A stretch of 64,000 nt of DNA from Bdellovibrionales bacterium (lineage in GTDB: Bacteria; Bdellovibrionota_C; UBA2361; SZUA-149; JAGRAN01): the NCBI GenBank assembly GCA_020434585.1, contig JAGRAN010000032.1, forward strand, positions 11,013 through 75,012. Reading direction: 5' to 3'. The notes under the pieces are model-generated. The model saw nothing but the letters and a program-made list of their open reading frames with translations. It was not told the origin of the DNA and searched no databases. Of this stretch, positions 1-9,700 are shown piece after piece (the first letter of the stretch is position 1; every line of letters begins with the position of its first letter). Position numbers and translations under genes: made by a program.

Positions 1-465
1 AATACCTCAAAACCAGGACGGGAGGCTTCTAACCCCAAAGTTCTCCCGTCCATTTCAATTTTTTGTGAAGGTGATTTTGTTTGCTAACGATTTTCCAACG
101 CGAGCGTGCCTCCTGGGCGACGGCTACATGGACAGTAAGCCTGTAATGATAGTGTCAGTCGACCAGGGGGCCTTTTTCCACATTAATTGCACACCTGCTG
201 CTTGACTAATTTCTCTAGTCGCGCAATTGTTGCAGTGCCGCGTTGGAGCTTCGGCTCCTTGAAATTAGTCCTTCGCTGCACATTTTCTTTGCAGCAAATT
301 CCGACAACATATTTTCTGTGTTTCGTGCACGGCTTTGCCGTTTTTTCGGCTAAGCCGTGACGACGAGTCATGGTTTTATTCTCGTTTCTTCACAGCTTTA
401 GAAAGGGCGTCCGCTGCAGTGATGCATAGCATTACTTCGGCGGGCGTACCTTTTGGCAATGGGCT

Positions 466-1257
466 ATGAGGAATCCTGCGCTCTTTAACCCTGACCTGAA
501 CGATTCAGGTCAGACAGCAGAAAGGCTTGCAATGTATCGGATCACGGCAATCTTGGTGCTTCTGGGGGCCATGTTCACCATGGTGCTCAGCGGCTGTGCG
601 TCTCACGAGGTTACGATCGAAGCGGACGGGCCGTTCGGCATCCATCTCCGCTTCACCTTCACCCCGATTCCGACGTGCGGCGAAGGTGCGAGTCCCATCG
701 GCTGGACCAAGCACGAGGGCAAGTGGTACCAGGTGTACGACACCGATGGCGACGGAATCGGCGACTGCGTGGTTGGTCCCGATGGTCAGGCCTACGCGAT
801 CAAGGTGCTCGAGGGGGATCCGGCTTCGCTGCCGATCTACCCGACCAAGCACTACATCAGCGGTCTGATCAACGTCGATACCCGGATGATCGAGCGCGCG
901 CATGAACCCGGCTGGTATGCCGGCCTGATCGCGCAAAACGGCATCGACATCCTCGAGTTCGATCCGTCGAGCACCTTCATCGACATCCAGATCGGTTTCG
1001 CTCCGGGCACGGTTCTGCGCGCGCCGGGCGAGTACGGACTCGATGCCGGCACCGAACTCGTTGCCGTCGGAGGCGACGCTGTTCAGCTCTACCGCTTCCA
1101 GGGTCAGGCCGCTGATGTCTACTGGATGCTGCGTGACAGTCTCGGCTTCGAGGACGTCACGCTCCAGACCGAGCACGGTCCGTTCCACTTCGACGGTGGC
1201 GTGGACGAGGTTGCCTTCTCCTGGCACGAGGCAACCCTCGCCGTGGAACGCCGCTAG
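466..1257 (+). CDS. Hypothetical lipoprotein in a GC-rich island
   Basis: N-terminal signal peptide with a lipobox (LSGC) after a hydrophobic helix. Codon third positions are heavily G/C. No recognisable catalytic motif. Confidence 0.5.
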   Translation: MRNPALFNPDLNDSGQTAERLAMYRITAILVLLGAMFTMVLSGCASHEVTIEADGPFGIHLRFTFTPIPTCGEGASPIGWTKHEGKWYQVYDTDGDGIGDCVVGPDGQAYAIKVLEGDPASLPIYPTKHYISGLINVDTRMIERAHEPGWYAGLIAQNGIDILEFDPSSTFIDIQIGFAPGTVLRAPGEYGLDAGTELVAVGGDAVQLYRFQGQAADVYWMLRDSLGFEDVTLQTEHGPFHFDGGVDEVAFSWHEATLAVERR

Positions 1258-1264
1258 CAGCACC

Positions 1265-2011
1265 ATGCTTCGTCGCATGATGTTGCTGAGCGTGTGGGGG
1301 GTGCTGCTGCTTGCAGCGGCACCCCCCAGCTGTCGCAGCGCTGAGCAACAGGCTCTGCAACAGTTTGATGCAGTCACGTTTGAGCCGCTGTCCGATGAAA
1401 AGTGCCTAGGAATTGAGCGCCTCAAGCGTAGTGTCCTGAGGGTGTGGAAAAGTGACGGCGTATTCAGCGCAGTCTGTCTTGGCGAGTTCGAGCTCCTAGC
1501 CGCAGGCCACTCGCTCCGCGGTTTGGAGGTGCCAACTGAGCTCTACGTTGCACAGGTCATTTCCTATCCCGACGACGTTGCAGCAGGGTCCGTGATGCTT
1601 GACCAGGTGAGAGTTGGTCCCGAGGACGGCGAGCGTTCGTCCGATTGGGGATACGTGCGAACCGCCAAGCCGCTGGACGCACTTCCCGCAAGGATCAACA
1701 CCGAGCTTCATCTTGTTTCAGGTCAAGAAGTGGTGCTAGTAGGCTATCCGATGGCTCACGATGGTCACGCGCTTCACTCTGTGTCTGTTGTTCGGGCGAG
1801 AGTGAGCGATGATCGGGGTTCGGTGCTCACACTAGTCGGCCCCAAAGAGTGGCGGCATCCGTTGTCCGGTTTGTCCGGCGGAGCTGCGGCATTCTGGGAT
1901 GAATCGCTTGGGGATTACGTTGTCTTCGGGGCATTTTCCGCAACCCGCTGCTCAGAAGCACTCGATGACTGCGTGTATCTTGTAGTTCGTCCGCCTGTTC
2001 CGTTTGACTGA
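1265..2011 (+). CDS. Secreted trypsin-like peptidase domain protein (tentative)
   Basis: In-frame ATG at 1265 gives a signal-peptide-like N-terminus (MLRRMMLLSVWGVLLLAAAP). The ORF track's 1043 start overlaps the upstream gene. Motifs AAGHS and GLSGGAA resemble the His and GxSGG blocks of S1 peptidases but are degenerate. GC-rich. Confidence 0.4.
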   Translation: MLRRMMLLSVWGVLLLAAAPPSCRSAEQQALQQFDAVTFEPLSDEKCLGIERLKRSVLRVWKSDGVFSAVCLGEFELLAAGHSLRGLEVPTELYVAQVISYPDDVAAGSVMLDQVRVGPEDGERSSDWGYVRTAKPLDALPARINTELHLVSGQEVVLVGYPMAHDGHALHSVSVVRARVSDDRGSVLTLVGPKEWRHPLSGLSGGAAAFWDESLGDYVVFGAFSATRCSEALDDCVYLVVRPPVPFD

Positions 2012-2063
2012 AGCTGCAGGCACAACTCTCTCCCCTCCGAGTCCTGGAGTAATCCAGGGCGGC

Positions 2064-2103
2064 CCCCTCCTTCCGCAAGGAAGGAGGGGTGCTTATTTTC
2101 TTA
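2064..2103 (+). terminator. Rho-independent terminator after the 1265..2011 CDS
   Basis: Perfect 11-bp stem (CCCCTCCTTCC / GGAAGGAGGGG), loop GCAA, then a T-rich run (TGCTTATTTTCTT). Confidence 0.7.
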
Positions 2104-2205
2104 GCGTTTGTTCTCGTCGTCACGGACTTAATCATCTATGGCCCGTATTTGTTTCCTCGCTGATTCAGATTATAACCTTAGCGACTGAAGAACGGAGATA
2201 CTTAT

Positions 2206-2604
2206 ATGAATAAAGAATTAAAGATTGAAGCTGTGATGCACCCGTTCCCGCACACTGTCGGTGCCGATCAATCATTGCAGATTGCAAGAGATTTAATGAG
2301 TGAGCATGAAGTGCGACACTTGCCGGTTCAGAAGGCCGGTAAACTAATCGGAGTAATTAGCGATCGCGACATCAACTTTGCGCTCGCCGTCGATAAGACG
2401 GAGGCCGAGGATGAACACGTAGAAGATGCGTTTACCGAGGAGCCATATGTGGTTGAGCCAACGGAGCCGGTATATCGTGTCGCACGTCGAATGGCAGCAG
2501 ATCATATTGGCTGCGCGTTGGTAGCGAAGGGTGAGAGCCTAGTTGGAATCTTCACTACAGTTGATGCTTGCAGAACTCTGGCGGATCAATTGTCTGGAGA
2601 GTAG
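2206..2604 (+). CDS. CBS-domain protein
   Basis: 132 aa with tandem CBS-like segments (HLPVQKAGKLIGVISDRDI ... GCALVAKGESLVGIFTTVD). RBS-like GAAGAACGGAG upstream. Confidence 0.7.
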   Translation: MNKELKIEAVMHPFPHTVGADQSLQIARDLMSEHEVRHLPVQKAGKLIGVISDRDINFALAVDKTEAEDEHVEDAFTEEPYVVEPTEPVYRVARRMAADHIGCALVAKGESLVGIFTTVDACRTLADQLSGE

Positions 2605-2637
2605 GCAGTAAGATAGCACTGGTCGGTCGTCGAAAAG

Positions 2638-4356
2638 CTATGACAACAGACCTCGCAATAAAGCGTTTGCGCCGACTCTAAGGTTCCGGAGTGAGTATCC
2701 GCCTTCCTGCACAATAAGCAGCGGTACGCCAACGGACGAGAACATTTGGCCTATGCTGCGCATTCCGTCACGGCTAATGTCGAAAGTGCCGGTCGGGTCG
2801 CCGCTCATGATGTCGTAGCCGAGCGACAAAACAAAATACTTAGGCTTAAATTTAGCGATGGAACGCAGCGCAGCCTGGAGCGTTTTTAAATAAAGCGCGT
2901 CGTCCACGGGAGGAAACAACGGGTAGTTCCGGTTGTATCCTTGACCTGGGCCTTTTCCAGTTTCGTCCTCAAAGCCGCAAAAATAAGGATAGGCTTGCCT
3001 CGGGTTTCCATGAATCGAAACTACGTAAACATCTTTGCGTTCGTAGAAAATATTTTGAGAGCCGTTGCCGTGATGGTAGTCGATATCAAGCAGTGCAACC
3101 TTGGCGTCCTTAGACAGATACTCTGCAGCTACTGCGGCGTTGTTGAAGTAGCAAAATCCACCAAATGCGCTCTTTTCTGCATGGTGACCTGGTGGTCGGC
3201 ATAATACATAGCAGCGCTGTGAGCCGTTCTTGATTAAGGATGCTCCAGTTAGTGCAGCGTCTACTGCGAGTCGCGCAGCTTTGTAGGCATTTCGAGTTAC
3301 AGGCGTAAAGGTGTCCAGACAGAAATATCCAGCTCGCATTTCCCAAGTGCGCGGAAGCCGGCGCTGCTGACGCAGAGGAAATACATTTGGGTAAACGAGT
3401 CGATCCGGAGAGAGTTCGTCCTGCGCTTCTCGAAGGAAGTGCACCAGCTTTTTATCGTGAATCGCAGTTATGTATTTTTCGCCAAAGTGACGCAGCGGAT
3501 GCTCCTTGTACGAGATATCGTGCAGCCCGCGCAAGATGGCACTAACTCTTGCAGGCCTCTCAACATACCCGCGCTCTTTTAAGTGATGTATCTGATGAGA
3601 ATCACCGGAGCAAACGATGTCAATTGAGAGCCGAGTGGGGGCTTTTGCCTTCCGATTTTTTAACCCGGAATATAGCGGGGGCCGAAGCTGAATAGGGTCG
3701 TCTTTCACAGACTTGACGATCGCTCGAAGTGTTGGGTCGCTGCTGGGCATCTGTGCCTTTGCGCCAAGTATGCAAGAGATCGTCGCCTGCACTTCCGCCC
3801 GAGACGGGTTTTTACCTTGGTCGAGCGAATCGTAAACCAAAAACGTAACGTAGCCTTGGTTTCCCTTATGCGCTTTTTTTTCGTAAGCGGTGTTAACTAT
3901 CGGACGCGCGCCAAAGCGTTCATAAAATTCCAGCCGCCGCTTGTTCATGGCGAGACGCTCGGGTTCTTTTAATAGCTCCGGAGCGTCAGGTGGCACGTCC
4001 ATGAAGATGCCGATACAAGGTTTGCGCCGAAAGTGTTCGCGAGTGGCTTCGTAAACCGCCGCGCCGTAACCCCGCTTCTTCCTAGCAGGGTCAGCAGCAA
4101 GGTAATCGAGGTAGGCGGCTTTGGCCTCCGGAAAGTAAAACGATAGACTGAATCCTAGTATTCGTTCTTTTGGCCCTTCTGCTACGAGCAGTACTGGTTC
4201 GAAGGTCTTAGAGTCCGGTTCTCGAAACAAGTCGGCAATCTTGGCGGCGTACTCGGGATAGTAGGAAAACGCACGACGGTAAATGCGAAGAACCGCTGCG
4301 AACAGCTTTTGTTCTTCGCGACGAATTGGGCTGTAAATTTGGCGAATTCTAAACAT
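2638..4356 (-). CDS. Fusion protein: N-terminal GNAT-like acetyltransferase + C-terminal histone-deacetylase/acetoin-utilization (HDAC/AcuC/AphA) family deacetylase
   Basis: The C-terminal half carries canonical HDAC-family motifs (GFCYFNNAAVAA, DIDYHHGNGSQ, SLGYD). The N-terminal ~170 aa contain a GNAT motif-A-like RGYGAAVY / acetyl-CoA-binding pattern. Confidence 0.7.
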   Translation of the reverse strand: MFRIRQIYSPIRREEQKLFAAVLRIYRRAFSYYPEYAAKIADLFREPDSKTFEPVLLVAEGPKERILGFSLSFYFPEAKAAYLDYLAADPARKKRGYGAAVYEATREHFRRKPCIGIFMDVPPDAPELLKEPERLAMNKRRLEFYERFGARPIVNTAYEKKAHKGNQGYVTFLVYDSLDQGKNPSRAEVQATISCILGAKAQMPSSDPTLRAIVKSVKDDPIQLRPPLYSGLKNRKAKAPTRLSIDIVCSGDSHQIHHLKERGYVERPARVSAILRGLHDISYKEHPLRHFGEKYITAIHDKKLVHFLREAQDELSPDRLVYPNVFPLRQQRRLPRTWEMRAGYFCLDTFTPVTRNAYKAARLAVDAALTGASLIKNGSQRCYVLCRPPGHHAEKSAFGGFCYFNNAAVAAEYLSKDAKVALLDIDYHHGNGSQNIFYERKDVYVVSIHGNPRQAYPYFCGFEDETGKGPGQGYNRNYPLFPPVDDALYLKTLQAALRSIAKFKPKYFVLSLGYDIMSGDPTGTFDISRDGMRSIGQMFSSVGVPLLIVQEGGYSLRNLRVGANALLRGLLS

Positions 4357-4557
4357 GAATGTCAGCCGCGGCTAAACACGGTTTTACGATTACAACAGTT
4401 GTATAAAGTTCCAAGCTTCGGTGCAAGGAGATCGACTGAAAGGAGTCCAAATGGTTGGCGGACCGGGAGAGTGTTTTTGCTAATCTAACCTCACTTGGTT
4501 TGTCCGCCATAAAGCGCTGCAGTCCGGTTTCCCGAACTGCAGCGGCTTCATTCTGAC

Positions 4558-5067
4558 TTACTTATCCGGCTTCTCTCCGACCTCGGGAACTTCGGCGTCG
4601 AAGCGGCTGCGCGCAGCTTCATTCTCGGCCTGGTTCTCGAGCTGCATGCGCCGCGCCTTCTCCTCGAGGGATTCGGTCTCGACGCTGCGATGCTCGATCG
4701 AATCGGCGTTCTCGATCAGACTGCGAAGTCGCTGTTCGCGCTCTTCGACGATCGGGCTCGAGATGTCCGTCTGCCGACGAGTGACGATCTCCCACTGGGT
4801 GAGCATGATGGCGCCCAGCCACAGCAGCAGCATCGCTACGACGCTGACGATCGGGAACCCAGGTACCTTTACCGCCGCTTTCGCGCCGGAGTCGTCATCG
4901 GCCAAGCGCTCCTGGGCACGCAGCGCGTCGTAGCGCCGCTTGAAGTACCCGAAGATGCGTACCTTGACGAAGTACCAAGTGACGATCACCAGGACTGCGA
5001 ACAGTCCGATCTTGATCCAGGAGTAGGTGAGGAACTCCAGGATCGACGAATCGTTCATCATGTTCAT
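4558..5067 (-). CDS. Hypothetical membrane protein (single or double TM, acidic coiled tail), co-oriented downstream of the SPFH gene
   Basis: Two hydrophobic helices (IGLFAVLVIVTWYF; IVSVVAMLLLWLGAIML) followed by a charged Glu/Arg-rich C-terminus. GC-rich island. Confidence 0.4.
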   Translation of the reverse strand: MNMMNDSSILEFLTYSWIKIGLFAVLVIVTWYFVKVRIFGYFKRRYDALRAQERLADDDSGAKAAVKVPGFPIVSVVAMLLLWLGAIMLTQWEIVTRRQTDISSPIVEEREQRLRSLIENADSIEHRSVETESLEEKARRMQLENQAENEAARSRFDAEVPEVGEKPDK

Positions 5068-5103
5068 GATGCTCCCTTCTGATGTTGCGAAGACAGGCGG
5101 GCC

Positions 5104-6063
5104 TTACTTGCCCTCCTGCTGCTGGGTGGCGGCGGGCTCCGGCTGGAACGCGTTGTTCGTGATGCCCATCAGCATCGCCGGGTTCTTAAGCGCTTCGTCG
5201 TCGATGATGAACACCTTGTTCGGCGAGGCCGCGAGGGTCTCCATCACCTTGATCATGCGCTGCGTGACGAACGCGGGAGTGACTCCCTCAGCCAGCTTCT
5301 GGTTGACCAGAACCTGGGTTTCGGCCTCGACGAGGTCGACCTCCTGCTGCTTACGCGCGACCTCTAGGGCGGCGTCGGCCTCCGTCAGCTTCACGAGCTT
5401 GTCGGCCTCGGCTTCCTTGATCTCGATCTCGCGCTTCTTCGCCGCCTCCTGGGCATCGATGATGACCTGGGGCGGGTCGACATTCGCCAGAGCGAGCACG
5501 GTCGCATCGATCGGCGTCTCGGCGAGCTTCGCCTGTACCGCTGCGTGAATCTCTTGCGAGACCGCGTCGAGGTTCGAAAGCACGTGCTCGATCGTGTAGT
5601 GCGTGATCACGTGTCGCGCCGTGGTCCGCACGATCTGCTGGGCGTAGGTCTCGTACACCTTCTCGAACGAGATCTGGTGAATGCGGGCGTCGTTGGTCGA
5701 AGCCGCCTCCAGTCGATCGAAGATGATGTTGACCCGTTCCTCCGCCCCCGAGATGGAGAACGTTCCGCGCACGTCGAAGGCCAGCTTGAGCTGATCCTCC
5801 GGCATGAACACGGTCATCGGCTCTTCCACCATGTTGTCAGACACGGCGGTGAGAACGAGGTGCGCCGGCGCCATCGGGTTGACCGGCAGACGGAAGGTGG
5901 ACGGCTGTTTAAGCTCGTCCTGAAAACCTTGAGAGGTTTTCACCTTGCCGACGTGCGCGGTCGGGACCTCGACCTGCTTGCCGCAGCCGGTCAGGGCGAT
6001 CGCACCTACCAGGGCACACAGGACGGCGCTGCCACGAACGAATGAAGAACGCTTGTTTCGCAT
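5104..6063 (-). CDS. SPFH/band-7 (stomatin/prohibitin/HflK-like) lipoprotein
   Basis: Start refined to the in-frame ATG at 6063 (MRNKRSS..), giving a signal peptide plus lipobox LTGCG. The central SPFH-like region is followed by an Ala/Glu-rich coiled coil (EIEIKEAEADKLVKLTEADAALEVARKQQE). GC-rich. Confidence 0.65.
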   Translation of the reverse strand: MRNKRSSFVRGSAVLCALVGAIALTGCGKQVEVPTAHVGKVKTSQGFQDELKQPSTFRLPVNPMAPAHLVLTAVSDNMVEEPMTVFMPEDQLKLAFDVRGTFSISGAEERVNIIFDRLEAASTNDARIHQISFEKVYETYAQQIVRTTARHVITHYTIEHVLSNLDAVSQEIHAAVQAKLAETPIDATVLALANVDPPQVIIDAQEAAKKREIEIKEAEADKLVKLTEADAALEVARKQQEVDLVEAETQVLVNQKLAEGVTPAFVTQRMIKVMETLAASPNKVFIIDDEALKNPAMLMGITNNAFQPEPAATQQQEGK

Positions 6064-6561
6064 CGATTGCTCCTTGTTTGGACTTGCGAAAAACGAACGC
6101 ACCAAGAGGATACGCACCTCCAGGCACGGGAACCTTCAGGGACTAGAATGTCCACAAGTACACTCTCCCGGTTCCGTAAGTGTGCTTACGCGAACGGGTA
6201 CCGTTTCCCGTTAAGAGAAAGAACAAAATGCAAAATGTGAGTACGCAACGACCGGCAGGTGCGAGCCCGGTGGTTAACAAGCATTCATTTGCCGTTGCTA
6301 GGTGCGTCGGGAGGAACGGCTGACACAGTTGAGCGGAGTTTGTTCGCGCCCAGCTGAAAGGGATGTGTTGAGTTTAAGTATCGGAAATAGGCAATTCTTA
6401 ATCAAGGGGCTTGGTAAAATAATTTTAACAACCAAGCTTTGAAGATAGTGTTCAATAAGATAACGACAAAACTATAGTTTCGTTTGAGTCGTAGACATTG
6501 TATGGGATAGAAGCGACTACATAAGCGTTGCGGCGCAGCATAGCAGCTTAGAGTTAATTTT

Positions 6562-7323
6562 ATGATCAACGGTAAAACCATCGCGGTGGTTCTGCCCGCA
6601 TACAACGCGGAACAGAGCCTAAAACAGACCTTCGATGAGATCCCCAAAGATGTCATTGATATCGTTCTTTTGGTTGACGATTGCAGCAGTGATCAGACTG
6701 TCGAAGTTGCGAAATCCCTTGGAATAGCAACAATTCGTCACGAGCAGAATAAAGGCTACGGTGGTAATCAGAAAACGTGCTATCGAGAAGCAATCCGGCG
6801 TGGAGCCGATATAGTTGTCATGCTTCACCCGGACTACCAGTATTCGCCGAAACTACTAACGCCAATATCCGCTATGCTTGCCTACGGGGAATACGATGTG
6901 GCTCTGGGGTCTCGCATCTTGGCTCAAAGTGCAACGAAGCGAGGCATGCCTTACTACAAATATTTCTCAAATCGTGTGCTTACATTTCTTCAAAACATTG
7001 CGCTTGAAAGCAAACTCTCGGAATTTCATACAGGCTACAGGGCGTTCACCAGGCAAGTTCTTGAAACTCTTCCTCTTGAGGAAAATTCGGACGATTTCGT
7101 TTTCGATAACGAAATGCTGGCGCAAATCATTTGGTTCAATTTTCGGATCGGAGAAGTAAGTTGTCCTACCAGATACGCCGCGGAAAGCTCTTCAATCAGT
7201 TTTAAACGTAGCGTTGTGTACGGACTAGGGGTGCTTCGCGTAAGCGCTAGCTATCTGCTTCAAAAATACTGCTCAATGCAGTTCTCAATCTTTAGTGCGG
7301 AAGGAAAAAAACTCACTAAGTGA
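6562..7323 (+). CDS. Family-2 glycosyltransferase (dolichyl-phosphate sugar synthase-like)
   Basis: N-terminal GT-A signature (IAVVLPAYNAEQSL ... VDDCSSDQT ... NKGYGGN ... HPDYQY). 253 aa. Confidence 0.8.
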   Translation: MINGKTIAVVLPAYNAEQSLKQTFDEIPKDVIDIVLLVDDCSSDQTVEVAKSLGIATIRHEQNKGYGGNQKTCYREAIRRGADIVVMLHPDYQYSPKLLTPISAMLAYGEYDVALGSRILAQSATKRGMPYYKYFSNRVLTFLQNIALESKLSEFHTGYRAFTRQVLETLPLEENSDDFVFDNEMLAQIIWFNFRIGEVSCPTRYAAESSSISFKRSVVYGLGVLRVSASYLLQKYCSMQFSIFSAEGKKLTK

Positions 7324-7331
7324 TCTGGCTG

Positions 7332-8420
7332 TTATTGGGGAGAATTGTCGTTTGTGGCGACCTGTGTACTTCCTGGGGTTGATGAAAGCGGATCGTTTGA
7401 GCCAGGTCTGATATCTACTCTACTTTTAAATAGCTCGCGAATTCTCAGTTCCCCCGGAATAAGCTGCTCGCGTGCTAGCCAATAGTAAATTTCTTCAGCC
7501 GCAATCCGATGTCCGATTTCGTTAGGATGAAAATCGGTACCGACAATCGTCTGCATTCGGTCCAGGGGGAGTCCGAAGTACGCGGAGAGCAAGTCCAGCG
7601 TAAGAATATTTAGCTGTCTTAAAACTTGCTGCACCTTTGTATGAAGTTCGGTGAAGGGATAATTCTTGTCGAGCGGCATTCCGAAGAGGGGAAATATAAC
7701 TGCCACAACTTTGGCGCCATTGGTGGAGCCAATATCCGCGATAGATTTGAGTGCTCCGGTAAATTCGGCCCAATTCTTCTGATCGTCGAACAGTTTGTAG
7801 TAGTAATCGACGTAGGCTTGTCTTGTTTGATGATTGTGAATTCTCGTGGCGACGAAGTTTGCGAGTTTTGAATGTGACAATAGTCCTGTGCCTGTATCGC
7901 CAGAGCCCAGCTTAAAAGGATTAGTTCCACCTTTCCAAAGTCCGTGGGGTCTGAAAGGTTTGCGCTCTGGATCGTTTAAAGTAATTTCGACGATAATTAA
8001 ATCGGCACCGTCACGTTCGGCCGCGAACTTTGCACTTCTTATTTCGTGCATAGTTGAGTATCCGGGGACTCCGTAATTAAAAACTTCAGCGCGAATCGGG
8101 CTAACATTCAAATTAAGCATGCGTTCGAGTCTTTTGGGGAATGCGTCGTCGAATTGCATGTTTGGAGCGAAGGTAAACGAATCGCCGAGCACAGCTATGC
8201 GAAAAACACTGCCATCAGTATTCTTCGGTTCGATCGGATAGTCTTGGAAGAACTTCGACGCTTCGGGTTTGTAATATGCCTGCGGCCGGTCGTTTTTTAA
8301 GGTAGGAGTTCCGTCGTCGAAGGACCAAAAAGCGGCTTCGACAAGGCCGAGCACGACAAAAATAGACGCTGTGCACAAACTGATTGCGACAAGGCCGGAT
8401 TTTAAGGCTGAGTAAATCAC
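7332..8420 (-). CDS. Membrane-anchored SGNH/GDSL hydrolase family protein (paralog 1 of 4)
   Basis: N-terminal TM helix. Block I is RIAVLGDSFTF, block II Gly is NYGVPGYS, and the C-terminal DxxH catalytic block is DFHPNEIGH. Confidence 0.7.
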   Translation of the reverse strand: MIYSALKSGLVAISLCTASIFVVLGLVEAAFWSFDDGTPTLKNDRPQAYYKPEASKFFQDYPIEPKNTDGSVFRIAVLGDSFTFAPNMQFDDAFPKRLERMLNLNVSPIRAEVFNYGVPGYSTMHEIRSAKFAAERDGADLIIVEITLNDPERKPFRPHGLWKGGTNPFKLGSGDTGTGLLSHSKLANFVATRIHNHQTRQAYVDYYYKLFDDQKNWAEFTGALKSIADIGSTNGAKVVAVIFPLFGMPLDKNYPFTELHTKVQQVLRQLNILTLDLLSAYFGLPLDRMQTIVGTDFHPNEIGHRIAAEEIYYWLAREQLIPGELRIRELFKSRVDIRPGSNDPLSSTPGSTQVATNDNSPQ

Positions 8421-8621
8421 TAAACTAACACTGGTTTTTGGATGATTCCGCGCCGGTTGTTAGCCCCGGCTACCAGCGCGCGATTATATGATGAAGGGCG
8501 AATGTTTTCCAGGCCAATCCAAATTACGTCGCACAGGCAAGTTTATTGTGAATCCTGTAGCTACAGTCTGTCTATGCGCGTATAAGATACGAGAGCTTGA
8601 ACTTAGTATTGGACTGGAGCG

Positions 8622-9692
8622 ATGATCTGGAACTGGCTCGAATTTGGCTGTGTATGGATCGCTTGGTTCGGGCTTACCGGCTTTTGCGTGATTGCCGGCC
8701 GGAGCGATCTTATCTATTCAAGGCGCGTTCGCGAGTCAGTCGGCAACCTACTTTTGGTCATTTTCTCGTTTACGTTCGTGCTGTTCGCTGTGGAGAGCTG
8801 GTTTTTTATTTATCCGATTGCGGATGCCAGGATTTATAGCAAGACCGCCAGCAGATGGGGATATAAGTACTGGGGCGAGAAGAATTCGTTTGGATATAGG
8901 GACAGAGAATACACTAGAGATCGTTGTGGATCTGTTCCTTTACTCGCAGTAATCGGAGATTCGTTTGCAGCCGGATGGGGAGTCAAGGATCGCCGTGAAC
9001 GATTTGTGAATCTGATCAGAGACGCTCTTGAGCCGCAGATGGAGACGGTGCTGATCGGGGACTTAGCATGGGATTCTAAGAAAGAACTGGACGGGCTCAA
9101 GGCGTATCCGTGCAAGCCTGACGTAGTGATTCTCAGTTACTATTTTAACGATATTTTCAATGAGGCAGTGAGCCAAGGTGTGGTTGCAGCTCCTCAGCCG
9201 ACCCCGGCCCCAAAACTGCTTCGGCCCTTAGTCGATCATTTTTACCTATTTGATTTCGCGTGGACCATCTACGATCGCCGATTCGGAGGTCATAGCGGCG
9301 TAGTTGAGCTAATTGAAGCAGCGTTTAATTCGAAGGAAGTGTGGGCTGCTCACAAGCAACAACTGAAAGATATTGTGAAGTATACAAGAGACAACGAAAT
9401 AAAATTGATTACAGTAATATTTCCTGTGCTATCTGCGGTCGATGTGACAAGAAAGTTTGCGCATCAGGTAGCAGAAGTATTTGTGGAAGAGGGCATAAAG
9501 ACAATCGACTTGTCGTCTGAGCTATCGATGTATTCCCCTCGCCAGTTAGTTGTCAACGCGTTTGATAGTCATCCAAATGAATTTACCAATCGCTTAGTCT
9601 TTGAAAGCTTGAGTGAAGAACTTTTAAAATTAAAAGAAGAGAGCGCTTCTCGAGCTAGCGAGCCTCCCGCGCGATTTGTCGGTGAAATGTAG
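8622..9692 (+). CDS. Membrane-anchored SGNH/GDSL hydrolase family protein (paralog 2 of 4)
   Basis: Two N-terminal TM helices. Block I is LLAVIGDSFAAGWGV. The DxxH block is FDSHPNEFTN. Divergent from paralog 1. Confidence 0.7.
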   Translation: MIWNWLEFGCVWIAWFGLTGFCVIAGRSDLIYSRRVRESVGNLLLVIFSFTFVLFAVESWFFIYPIADARIYSKTASRWGYKYWGEKNSFGYRDREYTRDRCGSVPLLAVIGDSFAAGWGVKDRRERFVNLIRDALEPQMETVLIGDLAWDSKKELDGLKAYPCKPDVVILSYYFNDIFNEAVSQGVVAAPQPTPAPKLLRPLVDHFYLFDFAWTIYDRRFGGHSGVVELIEAAFNSKEVWAAHKQQLKDIVKYTRDNEIKLITVIFPVLSAVDVTRKFAHQVAEVFVEEGIKTIDLSSELSMYSPRQLVVNAFDSHPNEFTNRLVFESLSEELLKLKEESASRASEPPARFVGEM

Positions 9693-9700
9693 TCTTTGGT

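Noticed and set aside
505-1425. 306-aa minus-strand ORF, plus several 60-113-aa ORFs, overlapping the 466..1257 lipoprotein gene
   Set aside because: They are antisense to a coherent signal-peptide-bearing CDS in a GC-rich island, where stop codons are rare and long spurious ORFs are expected. The translations are Arg/Ala-rich low complexity.
1043-2011. ORF-track start at 1043 for the trypsin-like protein
   Set aside because: The first 74 codons overlap the upstream lipoprotein CDS in another frame and are Ser/Arg/Thr-rich junk. The in-frame ATG at 1265 gives a proper signal peptide.
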